Source of the DNA: an uncultured virus (IMG/VR IMGVR_UViG_3300042880_001179)
Lineage: Duplodnaviria; Heunggongvirae; Uroviricota; Caudoviricetes
Length of the DNA: 64,000 nucleotides
IMG/VR virus record: IMGVR_UViG_3300042880_001179
Direction: 5' to 3' (one strand)
In this document: positions 8,917 to 17,330 of the stretch, one piece after another
How the letters are laid out: each line of letters begins with the position of its first letter
How positions within the stretch are numbered: the stretch's first letter is position 1
Notes under the pieces: generated by a model
Database searches by the model: none
Seen by the model: the letters and a program-made list of their open reading frames with translations, nothing else
What the model was told of the DNA's origin: nothing
Translations under genes and position numbers: made by a program

Positions 8917-9480
8917 ATGAACGAAGAATTTGGTACTGGCAAACAATGCAAACAAAATGACACACCTCAAAAGCAGGCTGCTAAATTGTGGTTGGAAAAA
9001 CAAGGCTTTACTAATGTTACCATCACAGCTAAAGGTAGCGATATTTATTTCAACGATAAAGGTGTAATCAAACGAGCAGAGGTTAAAGGCGCAAATTCTG
9101 TTAACAACGGTAAGAGAAGAGGCATTGATAACAATTATTTCGGTGCAGCTACACAAACCGAAATCGATTACGCACTACAAATGGGTGAAAATTATAACTG
9201 GCTATTTGCTTTCCGGGCTGATGACAATATCGAAAACGCTGCTGATATTGAAAAGGGTTGGAAGTTTGTAATGTATTCAACCGCTCAACTTGTTGACCAC
9301 CTTTATATTCCACCCATGAAATATTATATTGATTTGCCAGCTTTGAATGATCCAAAGCCTAAGCGAATATCCACCAAGGAAATGCTGGGAGTACGCAGAC
9401 TTACTATGGATACCCTACGCTTTGCACAACAAAAATGGCATGAAATGAAACTGGCATTAGATCAAATGATATCACAATAA
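8917..9480 (+). CDS. PD-(D/E)xK nuclease-like protein (DUF3883-like)
   Basis: WLEKQGF...GSDI...RAEVKG. Confidence 0.45.
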   Translation: MNEEFGTGKQCKQNDTPQKQAAKLWLEKQGFTNVTITAKGSDIYFNDKGVIKRAEVKGANSVNNGKRRGIDNNYFGAATQTEIDYALQMGENYNWLFAFRADDNIENAADIEKGWKFVMYSTAQLVDHLYIPPMKYYIDLPALNDPKPKRISTKEMLGVRRLTMDTLRFAQQKWHEMKLALDQMISQ

Positions 9481-9530
9481 TTTCCATAAGTTGGCATATC
9501 CATTTGTCCGTAATGGCAAGGAGGCCACAA

Positions 9531-9695
9531 ATGAAACACTTGACAATAACCGATGTCATCGACCTTTCCCCTGACCATCCCCTGATGATTGAATTCATGA
9601 AACAGGTGGAAGCAGAAGAAATACCCGCCATATCCATGTTGGATTGTGAAGAGTCACTGGCTTATTTCGACCGCTACATTGCAGGAGATAGATAA
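9531..9695 (+). CDS. small acidic hypothetical protein
   Basis: promoter 9506 and AGGAGG RBS precede ATG 9531. Confidence 0.65.
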   Translation: MKHLTITDVIDLSPDHPLMIEFMKQVEAEEIPAISMLDCEESLAYFDRYIAGDR

Positions 9696-10207
9696 TGTAC
9701 ACCATCAAGAATATGAATGAGCCCAAATGGTCACAACTTCTCTCCCCAGAAAAGGGACGCATTAAAGGTATCTTTATACCTGTACTTGGCCCAATTGTTG
9801 AAGTCTATATAAAAAGAAAAGATAGTTTGGATGAATTCCGAAAACTCGTAGACGGATATATCGAAGCTGTCAGCCTAGATTCCGCCGATATGTACTGCAA
9901 CGAAGAAGGAAGACTAATGAACCTCCCCCTCAACTTCAGGGCTACCAGACTAAACCTATCTAGGTTTAGTGAACATAAAGGCGAAGCATCTATCGGTATC
10001 GTTGGCGATGTGCTACTACTCGGTAGCGTTGATAGGTTTGGCTACAATACAAACCTAAATACCAATAAATTTTATAAGTGGCTCAAAAGCCAACCCGAAT
10101 ACAAACTCAAAGACTTTGCTATAGATCCCGGCTATGCAAGCATGGTACATATCCATGAACAAATGGAAGCCAGATTCCAAAAAGAAAATTGGTGGGATAT
10201 TTCCTGA
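9695..10207 (+). CDS. DUF3846 family protein
   Basis: LDEFRKLVDGYIEAV...YCNEEGRL.NLPLN.RAT...IVGDVLLLG. Confidence 0.75.
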   Translation: MYTIKNMNEPKWSQLLSPEKGRIKGIFIPVLGPIVEVYIKRKDSLDEFRKLVDGYIEAVSLDSADMYCNEEGRLMNLPLNFRATRLNLSRFSEHKGEASIGIVGDVLLLGSVDRFGYNTNLNTNKFYKWLKSQPEYKLKDFAIDPGYASMVHIHEQMEARFQKENWWDIS

Positions 10208-10279
10208 TAGCACAATAAATTCCATAAGTTTGCATATCCAGAAGTCCGTAGGGTGTCACCACTAACTAAGGAGACTACG

Positions 10280-10474
10280 ATGGAAAAGAACTTTGTTGTT
10301 AAATTTGAAGGTTTTGAATTTAATGTAGATGTTAGCCAATATGATACAGAATCTACCATTGAAATATTCTATAGCGGCAAAACTCCTGAAGCACAACAAA
10401 AGCTCTATGATGATGACTTTATGGAATCATTAGAGAATCATGTGAAATCTAAACTCAACGCTGGCACTCTTTGA
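10280..10474 (+). CDS. small acidic hypothetical protein
   Basis: promoter 10244 + AAGGAG RBS. Confidence 0.7.
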   Translation: MEKNFVVKFEGFEFNVDVSQYDTESTIEIFYSGKTPEAQQKLYDDDFMESLENHVKSKLNAGTL

Positions 10475-10548
10475 GATATCACAATAATTTCAATAAGTTA
10501 GTAATAAGTTTTGTCCGTAGGGTGTAACAACTAACTAAGGAGATTGAA

Positions 10549-10821
10549 ATGAGCAATCGATCATTTCTCGAATCTGTCACTATAAGCAATAATAAAACTA
10601 AAGAAGAAAGTTATGCAATAAAAATTTATGATGATTATGGAACAGCAATTTTATCAGTAGAAAATGCTATAGATGATGATTTTGATATTTTGAAAACAGC
10701 AATCTCATCAAAAGATGAGGTGGCCAATGGTATTCTTGACCACATTCGGGAAATGGAAAAAGGTTTATATATCTTTGAAACATGGTACGATTGGGATGAA
10801 ATTAAACATCTTTTCAATTGA
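10549..10821 (+). CDS. acidic hypothetical protein
   Basis: promoter 10513 + AAGGAG RBS. Confidence 0.75.
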   Translation: MSNRSFLESVTISNNKTKEESYAIKIYDDYGTAILSVENAIDDDFDILKTAISSKDEVANGILDHIREMEKGLYIFETWYDWDEIKHLFN

Positions 10822-10893
10822 TATCACAATAATTTCAATAAGTTTGCATATCCAGAAGTCCGTAGGGTGTCACCACTAACTAAGGAGATTGAA

Positions 10894-11268
10894 ATGGAAT
10901 CGATTCGCCAAATGGAACGCCATATCCAAGGCTATGTATCCGTAAACGGTAATCCTGAATGTACCCACCTCAAAGTGGTTGTAAGCTTCCGCCAAGGCGG
11001 ACTCAATATGTGGGATTATAAACAAGAGCAGAAAGGGTACTACCTATCTGTAAGCCCAGTTAAAAAAGAAGTTCGAGACGGCTTTACATGGGAGACTTCA
11101 ACCATTTTCACCGGCTACAAGTCCTTTATTCAAACTGCCAACAGGTTCAATAAAAAACAATTGGTGCAACTTTTCGAAAATGTTGCAAATGATTATAACA
11201 AAGGCGAAGGTGCAGTATGCCAAATTATGGATAGAGTTAAATTAGAACAAAATGTTGCAATAGTGTGA
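10894..11268 (+). CDS. hypothetical protein
   Basis: promoter 10858 + AAGGAG RBS; KGYYLSVSPV. Confidence 0.75.
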   Translation: MESIRQMERHIQGYVSVNGNPECTHLKVVVSFRQGGLNMWDYKQEQKGYYLSVSPVKKEVRDGFTWETSTIFTGYKSFIQTANRFNKKQLVQLFENVANDYNKGEGAVCQIMDRVKLEQNVAIV

Positions 11269-11312
11269 TATATTGTTATAAGTTTGATACATTACAACAA
11301 TAAGGAGTTATC

Positions 11313-11531
11313 ATGAGCGTTAAAGAGCCTAAAGAGTTTGATATGGTTGCCCGTCGCCCTTTCACCCTTAACGGGGAAGCATATAAAAAAGGTCAAGGCT
11401 TCAAAGCCTATCTGGTTGGAGCATTCGTTAAAGATGGCATTGAATTGGCAGAAGTACAAATTGGGGAACATAAACCCAATGCAGTACCTTGGGACTTTGT
11501 GGTGTTTGCCGAAATGTGGGGGAAGGTATGA
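11313..11531 (+). CDS. hypothetical protein
   Basis: AAGGAG RBS, 72 aa. Confidence 0.7.
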   Translation: MSVKEPKEFDMVARRPFTLNGEAYKKGQGFKAYLVGAFVKDGIELAEVQIGEHKPNAVPWDFVVFAEMWGKV

Positions 11532-11611
11532 TGATTATTCTTGTAGCCTTTTATGCAATAATGCTGTCTATTATGCTCATGCTTGTTGGTGTTAATTTTC
11601 CCAATAAGTAA
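11528..11611 (+). CDS. 27-aa hydrophobic microprotein
   Basis: ATGA overlap with upstream stop; MMIILVAFYAIMLSIMLMLVGVNFPNK. Confidence 0.45.
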   Translation: MMIILVAFYAIMLSIMLMLVGVNFPNK

Positions 11612-11624
11612 AACAGATAGCCAT

Positions 11625-11682
11625 ATACACGCACATGAGAGAGTATCCCGCCAATCCCAAATACTCTCTTGTGTGCGTGTAT
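11625..11682. repeat. 22-bp inverted repeat with 14-nt loop
   Basis: ATACACGCACATGAGAGAGTAT / ATACTCTCTTGTGTGCGTGTAT; the only two mismatches are G-U wobbles on the + strand. Confidence 0.85.
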
Positions 11683-11809
11683 TGTTTTATAAACACTCAC
11701 TTATCAAAAGATATAAGGATTTTTTCGATAAGTTAGGATTTTGTTTTGTCCGTAGGGTGTCCAAGGCACAACGCCTGAGACAAAAAACCGCCGAATGGAG
11801 TTTACTACA

Positions 11810-12274
11810 ATGGCTACCCCCAAATTTATCGACCGCATCTTGAACCTGAAAAAGGGATCGTTTGTGACTGTGGCCTTCAAACGGGCCGCAAAGGTAAGAA
11901 AAAACCAAACCCCCCTGTTCAAAGTCTGGAAAGGCGTAGTTCGCCCCGGCATAACTTATGATAATATTGGTGCAGTCCAAGAGGGAAGGGAAAACGGTAC
12001 TCTTCCCGGTGAAAATGCCGGACTCCCCTACGGGGTATGGCACACTTTCCCATATGTTATTGAACACAACGGGGAATTCCACTACCGCTGGACAATGACA
12101 GGTGGAAAAACGCTGGATTCCCACTATGAAGATGAAAATGGCAACATTATTTCAGCCGAAAATGCTAGGGAAATTTGCCTCGCCAGTGAATTTCCTACCA
12201 ACAAAGGGCCAGTTACCGTTATGAACACCAAAGAGGTGAACCTAACCGAAATAAACGGGGAAACACTTGAATAA
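11810..12274 (+). CDS. hypothetical protein
   Basis: promoter 11748, hairpin leader, GGAG RBS; LPYGVW..FPYVIEH. Confidence 0.75.
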   Translation: MATPKFIDRILNLKKGSFVTVAFKRAAKVRKNQTPLFKVWKGVVRPGITYDNIGAVQEGRENGTLPGENAGLPYGVWHTFPYVIEHNGEFHYRWTMTGGKTLDSHYEDENGNIISAENAREICLASEFPTNKGPVTVMNTKEVNLTEINGETLE

Positions 12275-12293
12275 TCATTAACTATTACTATCG

Positions 12294-12330
12294 GGCAGGG
12301 TTGATATTATTCAACCCTGCCTTGTTTTTT
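12294..12330 (+). terminator. intrinsic terminator
   Basis: GGCAGGGTTGA-tattat-TCAACCCTGCC + T-run. Confidence 0.8.
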
Positions 12331-12516
12331 ATAAAATTTTAAAGTCTTTAAACCTACTCAATATCAACTTACTGTAGTCATATACATTACTTGGCAAAAT
12401 TTTGATATCAAAAGACATACAAAAGTTTTTGATAAATTGCAAACAACCATTGTCCGTAGAGTGTCAGGGCAAGTGACCCTGACAAAAAGAAACCGCCCTA
12501 AAGGGAGTTGATGACG

Positions 12517-12981
12517 ATGGCTAACAACATTGCAAGCTCGAATGTGGTTAAGGTTGTAACCGGCGTTGAAGGGGCTCTTGATGGTAACCTACTGGGTTAC
12601 GAGGTGATGTTCGAAGAGGCCCACACAAGGGAACTGCAATTGGCCAAGGTAAAGGCCGATTATCGCAAGGAAATGGCAGCTATGGGGTTTGTAATCCCCA
12701 ATCCAACCAAGGTGACCAAGGCGAAAAAGAAGGTTCGCCAGCACACAAAATCCCGCCTCAAGCGGTTCAAGGCGGTTGCAGCTGAATTGCGCCGGGAAGA
12801 GCGCAAAGCTCGCCGAAAACTGCAAAAATCGGCCCTTGCAGCCCTTAAGCTGGACGAAAAGCATATTCGCCTCCGGCTCCAGTCCCCCGAAGTTAAGGGG
12901 ACACAATGGGAAATGGTGGTTATGGAAGACCTTGCCGAAAACATGGCCGAACAAGCCCGCCTGACCGCCCCCAAGGCATAA
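12517..12981 (+). CDS. basic helical hypothetical protein
   Basis: promoter 12452, GGGAG RBS; K/R-rich centre. Confidence 0.7.
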   Translation: MANNIASSNVVKVVTGVEGALDGNLLGYEVMFEEAHTRELQLAKVKADYRKEMAAMGFVIPNPTKVTKAKKKVRQHTKSRLKRFKAVAAELRREERKARRKLQKSALAALKLDEKHIRLRLQSPEVKGTQWEMVVMEDLAENMAEQARLTAPKA

Positions 12982-13002
12982 AATTGGCCCCTAGGGGGCA
13001 TG

Positions 13003-13039
13003 AAAACCCCGGCTAGGAATATCCTAGTCCGGGGTTTTT
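13003..13039 (+). terminator. intrinsic terminator
   Basis: AAAACCCCGGCTAGGA..ATCCTAGTCCGGGGTTTTT. Confidence 0.8.
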
Positions 13040-13303
13040 GCATATCTATAAGTCTATATCAGGTTGATATACTTTATCAACTTAATATAGATTTTTTTTT
13101 GAAACAAGGCGAAAATCCACAGTAAGTTGATTTAGTTCACTACCAATTATCAACTTACTGTAGTGATACACCTTGTTTGGCAGATATAAAGTAATAGCAA
13201 TTGATATCACTATAAATTCGATAAATCTTATTTAGGAATTGTCCGTAGGGTGTCTGAAGCAAAGTGCCGAAGACAAGAAAACAGCCTAAATGGAGTTAGT
13301 AAC

Positions 13304-14227
13304 ATGGCCGTTCGTCAACGCCCTTCCCGTCAAGTGGTTTCTATGGCCAATGGTATCGCCCGATGGGACGGGGCAGACGCCCTGACCGCCCTGAAAGAGA
13401 TCGGGGCAGACTGGGCACCCGTGATGGAGCCTATTCACCGCCCCAATGGGGAAGCTATCGCCGGAAAGTTGGCGGTGGTCAATCCAGTTGCCAATAAGGT
13501 GCTTGGTATCACCAGCGATAGCTACGGTGGTTTGCACAATCAAATGTTATCTGAAGGTATCGACCGGCTGGCAACCGCTATCGGTTTGCCCTATCGTATG
13601 TCAAGGGCTGAAATGTTCAACGATGGTGCTACCGTGCGCCTCGAGGCTATCCTAGGTGATAGCATTAAACTTGGGGACAGCGATACCGTATATAAAGTGG
13701 TATCTGCTTTTCAAGGGCATGGTGGAAACACGCCTTACACCTTCCTCGTGGAGTTCAAACGGTTAGTTTGCTCAAACGGTCTGATGATCAAGGTTCCCGG
13801 CCTTAATACGGCCTTCCGTTGCAAGCATACCCAAAACGGGGCTGCTAGGGTGGAATGGAATTTTGGTCTAATCCAGTCCAGTTTTGCCCAAGCAACGGGC
13901 GACACCGAGAAAGCTTTCCGGCTTTTCAGCGAAAAAAGATTGAACGGTGTAGGTGCTAGAGAATTCTTTCGCCAGTATGCTTCCAGCGTACTAAAGCAAA
14001 AAGATGATAAACTAGACCAAACTGTTAGTGACCTTTTGCTAACATGGGTAAACGGAAGGCAGCAAATGGCTGGTGATACAATGTGGAGAGCTTTCAACGC
14101 TCTCACCGAGTATAACCAACACTATGGTTTCCGCACTGATGAGGCCATGCTGCTATCAAACCTCGACGGTAGCGCAGCAAACGCCAAGGTAGATGCTTTC
14201 AACTTCACCTTGGCTATGGCGGCCTAA
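13304..14227 (+). CDS. DUF932/DUF945 family protein, paralogue of 7727-8653
   Basis: RLVCSNG, FRCKHT, WRAFNALTEY.QHYGFR; colinear with 7727-8653 and both end in MAA. Confidence 0.8.
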   Translation: MAVRQRPSRQVVSMANGIARWDGADALTALKEIGADWAPVMEPIHRPNGEAIAGKLAVVNPVANKVLGITSDSYGGLHNQMLSEGIDRLATAIGLPYRMSRAEMFNDGATVRLEAILGDSIKLGDSDTVYKVVSAFQGHGGNTPYTFLVEFKRLVCSNGLMIKVPGLNTAFRCKHTQNGAARVEWNFGLIQSSFAQATGDTEKAFRLFSEKRLNGVGAREFFRQYASSVLKQKDDKLDQTVSDLLLTWVNGRQQMAGDTMWRAFNALTEYNQHYGFRTDEAMLLSNLDGSAANAKVDAFNFTLAMAA

Positions 14228-14250
14228 CAGCCCTTAGGGATTGATATCGC

Positions 14251-14304
14251 TAACCCGCTAGAGATGATAAGTCTCTAGCGGGTTATATATTTTTATTTTT
14301 TTTT
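14251..14304 (+). terminator. intrinsic terminator
   Basis: TAACCCGCTAGAGA...TCTCTAGCGGGTTA + T-rich tail. Confidence 0.75.
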
Positions 14305-14503
14305 AACCTAACGGGGCACTACAGTAAGTTCATATTTTGTATTCTTCAATATCAACTTACTGTGGTCACATGCCTTACTTGGGGCTTCCCTAATAGCAAG
14401 TGATATATCCATAAATTCGATAAATCTTATTTAAGTTTTGTCCGTAGGGTGTCCAAAGCACTTCGCTAAGGACAAGTGAGACCACCGCTGAGGAGTGCTG
14501 ACC

Positions 14504-14851
14504 ATGGCCAACACCACCATCCTGCCTTTCGCCCAAAACATCATCAACCTGAGCTTTGGTGACGTTTTCGTCACCACGGGGGAGACCGTGCGGGACTTCA
14601 CCGACATGATTAGTATCTACCCGGGCGGGCTGGGGAGTGGCACTAGCTACTCTGCCCGTGTGCGGGATGGGGTCATCACCTATGTGACCCAGCTGGAAGA
14701 TTTCTGGTGCGAGGAAGAGAACCAGTACCTGCCCGAGGATGTATGGGGGTGGCCGGTGCGCCATGAGGGCGACACGGTCGCCAGCCTAGGGGGTCGCCTG
14801 CCCGATGAGGTAAGGGAAGGCCTTGAGGCCATCGGCCTTCAAGTGGCCTAA
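14504..14851 (+). CDS. acidic hypothetical protein (paralogue of 15484-15894)
   Basis: promoter 14440; shared VFVTTGET..D..D.ISI and GW.V.HEGD.V..L.G.LPD.V..GL.AIG. Confidence 0.75.
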   Translation: MANTTILPFAQNIINLSFGDVFVTTGETVRDFTDMISIYPGGLGSGTSYSARVRDGVITYVTQLEDFWCEEENQYLPEDVWGWPVRHEGDTVASLGGRLPDEVREGLEAIGLQVA

Positions 14852-14870
14852 ACGCCCGTCGCCCACCTGA

Positions 14871-14909
14871 AACCCCCGGCCTAACCCGCCGGGGGTTTTT
14901 TTATTTTTT
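14871..14909 (+). terminator. intrinsic terminator (CCCCCGG family)
   Basis: AACCCCCGGCCTAACCCGCCGGGGGTTTT; identical hairpins at 16727 and 17251. Confidence 0.85.
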
Positions 14910-14968
14910 GTGGAAAATATTCCATCCTCATGCGAATTACTGGTGAACCCCTAAAACAAAGGTGCTGC

Positions 14969-15328
14969 ATGAATCCTGAAAAGCTGAACAAGATTGCCCT
15001 CAAGAATTGCGCCAAACGGCTTTTTAAGTGCGTAAAGCTAGACGCACCAGCCGTAGTTCTATTCAATGAGGCTAGACGCCTTTTTGAACACGCCAAATTG
15101 CTCTCAGGAGGCAATTGCTACGCACATTGGCTCCAAGAGCAAGCTTTAGAAGAAGTGGCCTTAAAACGCAATTCTAAGGGGTATTGCGCCACACTAACCT
15201 GTAACCAAGAATCGTTCGAGGAAAACCAATTTGAAAATAAAATCTATTGCTGTGATTGCTACCATGCACACAAAGAACAAAAGCGCAAAGATGATGAATA
15301 CCTAGACAGCTTGGATAATGGCGACTAA
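14969..15328 (+). CDS. hypothetical protein with C-terminal Cys cluster
   Basis: YCATLTC...YCCDCYH. Confidence 0.6.
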   Translation: MNPEKLNKIALKNCAKRLFKCVKLDAPAVVLFNEARRLFEHAKLLSGGNCYAHWLQEQALEEVALKRNSKGYCATLTCNQESFEENQFENKIYCCDCYHAHKEQKRKDDEYLDSLDNGD

Positions 15329-15483
15329 TCCACGCTTACATATCAATTTACTGTAGTGCTTGGGGTCTCCATAATAGCAAGTGATATATCCATAAATTAC
15401 ATAAATCTTATTTGGGTTTTGTCCGTAGGGTGTCCAAAGCACTTCGCCTAGGACAAGTTAAACCGCCTGCGGGAGTTAGTAAC

Positions 15484-15894
15484 ATGGCCAGCACCACCTT
15501 CGCCCTCGAATCCATCCAAGACGCCCTGATGGGCGTTTTCACGCCCTTCCAAGTGGCTATTGAGACCCCGGAGGTTTTGCTGCCCTACAATCAAAATATG
15601 GTCGATTTTGATGGAGGCACCGTTTTCGTCACAACTGGCGAAACCACCAAAGATTACATCGACGATATTAGCATCGGGGAAGATTTCCAATGCCGGGTAG
15701 TCGATGGCAAGATTGTCAGAATCGACCAATTCGAATGGGACTATAGCGATAGTGATGGGAAGTGGGAATATGTTCCGTTTGAAGTGTGCGGGTGGGATGT
15801 TTCGCATGAGGGCGACGAGGTTCGCCCCCTCTGGGGTACTCTACCCGATACCGTTGCCAACGGGCTGTATGCGATAGGGATTCTGGTTCGCTAG
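15484..15894 (+). CDS. acidic hypothetical protein (paralogue of 14504-14851)
   Basis: promoter 15421; sequence similarity to 14504-14851. Confidence 0.75.
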   Translation: MASTTFALESIQDALMGVFTPFQVAIETPEVLLPYNQNMVDFDGGTVFVTTGETTKDYIDDISIGEDFQCRVVDGKIVRIDQFEWDYSDSDGKWEYVPFEVCGWDVSHEGDEVRPLWGTLPDTVANGLYAIGILVR

Positions 15895-15901
15895 CCCCCT
15901 C

Positions 15902-15930
15902 AACCCCCGGTCAAAAGCCGGGGGTTTTTT
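15902..15930 (+). terminator. intrinsic terminator
   Basis: AACCCCCGG-tcaaaag-CCGGGGGTTTTTT. Confidence 0.85.
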
Positions 15931-16157
15931 GTTTTCATATAGTTTGTATCCACAATTAGTTGAAATTAAATATCTTTAAAGTAACTTACTAATCCATTCT
16001 TAAATAACAACTTACTGTGGGCACATACTCTTTTCTGGGACAGCTGAATAGCAAAAGATATACTTAAGTTTTTACTAAATCTTATCTAAGTTTTGTCCGT
16101 AGGGTGTCGAGGCAAGTGACCTCGAAAAACAAAAACCGCCCTAAAGGGAGTTTGACC

Positions 16158-16715
16158 ATGTCCTACACCAACGCACCAGCAACCGTTCTTTTGGCCACCC
16201 AATGCTGTGCTTGCGGCAGGCCTTTGGTGGACGCCACCAGCGTTGAGCTTGGGATCGGGCCGGAATGCCGGGCCGGTTTCGACGGGGGCATCAGCGACGA
16301 TGTTCGCCAGCAGGCGAACAAGCTCACTCACAAGGCGGCGCTGGCCGCCCAAGAGGGCCGCATCCACGAAGTGCAGGCTATTGCGGGGGAATTGGTCGCC
16401 CTTGGGCTGGCGGGGCTGGCCGAAAAGGTGGCCAGCAGGTTCACTAACGCCGAGCGGTTGGCCAAAATCCACCTCACGGTGGTGGGCGACAGCCTAAAGG
16501 TGGTCACCCCCTATCGCCGGGGCGACAGCGAAGCTTTCATCTCTGCATGGCGGGCTGTGCCCGGTCGCCGGTATCGGGACAAGGCCAACTTTGTTCCCCT
16601 CACGAGTGAGGCCAGACGGGCCGTCTATGACCTGCTCACCCGGTTTTTCCCCGGCCAGTACGCCAAGGGGCCAAAAGGCGTGTTCCGCCTTCCCAAGGCC
16701 GAAAAAGCCGAATAA
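16158..16715 (+). CDS. DUF6011-like zinc-ribbon protein
   Basis: CCACGRPLVDATSVELGIGPEC. Confidence 0.7.
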   Translation: MSYTNAPATVLLATQCCACGRPLVDATSVELGIGPECRAGFDGGISDDVRQQANKLTHKAALAAQEGRIHEVQAIAGELVALGLAGLAEKVASRFTNAERLAKIHLTVVGDSLKVVTPYRRGDSEAFISAWRAVPGRRYRDKANFVPLTSEARRAVYDLLTRFFPGQYAKGPKGVFRLPKAEKAE

Positions 16716-16726
16716 TCGTCCCGTCC

Positions 16727-17330
16727 AACCCCCGGCCTAACCCGCCGGGGGTTTTATTTTGTACCCATAGCATACCAATCACCTCTTCAATATCAACTTA
16801 CTGTAGGCCTATGTTGGTCATCCTTGGTTTTTGATATCATAAAATATACAAAGGTTTTTGATAAATCGTTTATAACAAATGTCCGTAGAGTGTCGAGGCA
16901 ACGAAGCCCTGACAAAAACCAAAACCGCCTTTGGGAGTTTGAAAAATGGTCGAAGCCACTTGGGTCAACGTGAACGGGGTTTGGGGTGTTAAGGTTGTGG
17001 GCGCAGCCAAGGAAGGGGACCAAGTAATGGTGCGGAAGCGCACAGGGTCCGCCACCCTGCAAACGCTTGGCCAACAGCTGGCAGCTGGCGTGTTCGCCAA
17101 GGCTGGCAAGGTATCGCAGGTGCGTCGCCGCCCATGGCGGTCGCTGGCCGCCACCATCGAACGGGTGTACGGGGAGGACATTGAGGCGGGCGCAGCCGCC
17201 CACGCCCAAGACTGGGATGACTTCCGCAACTAATCTTCCCAGTCTACCCGAACCCCCGGCCTAACCCGCCGGGGGTTTTATTTTGCACCTATAGTATACC
17301 AATCACCTCTACAATATCAACTAACTGTAG
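16727..17330 (+). repeat. ~80-bp imperfect direct repeat (terminator + upstream box) flanking ORF 16946-17233
   Basis: 16727-16806 vs 17251-17330 differ at only a few positions. Confidence 0.9.
16946..17233 (+). CDS. hypothetical protein
   Basis: promoter 16881, hairpin leader, GGGAG RBS; WGVKV.G...GD.V.V.KR. Confidence 0.7.
   Translation: MVEATWVNVNGVWGVKVVGAAKEGDQVMVRKRTGSATLQTLGQQLAAGVFAKAGKVSQVRRRPWRSLAATIERVYGEDIEAGAAAHAQDWDDFRN

Larger units (their letters stand above)
1085..16890 (+). promoter_or_regulatory. family of 19 co-oriented early-type promoters TAA(A/G)-N15-GTCCGTA(A/G)
   Basis: GTCCGTA at 1105, 1361, 1496, 2025, 2485, 7642, 8891, 9506, 10244, 10513, 10858, 11748, 12452, 13241, 14440, 15421, 16095, 16881 and variant CTCCGTA at 7313. 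All but 1496 have TAA(A/G) ending exactly 15 nt upstream; each precedes an RBS and ORF. Confidence 0.85.

Noticed and set aside
13250..16157. Longer upstream starts in the ORF track (13250, 15412, 16104; likewise 10253, 10867, 9504)
   Set aside because: These starts fall inside the promoter/leader repeat; the downstream ATGs follow the GGAG RBS.
1085..16890. Repeats as a CRISPR array or integron attC array
   Set aside because: Intervening sequences are whole ORFs of 100-5000 bp, the repeats are degenerate with promoter/RBS architecture, there are no attC RYYYAAC/GTTRRRY ends, and no cas or integrase gene is in the window.
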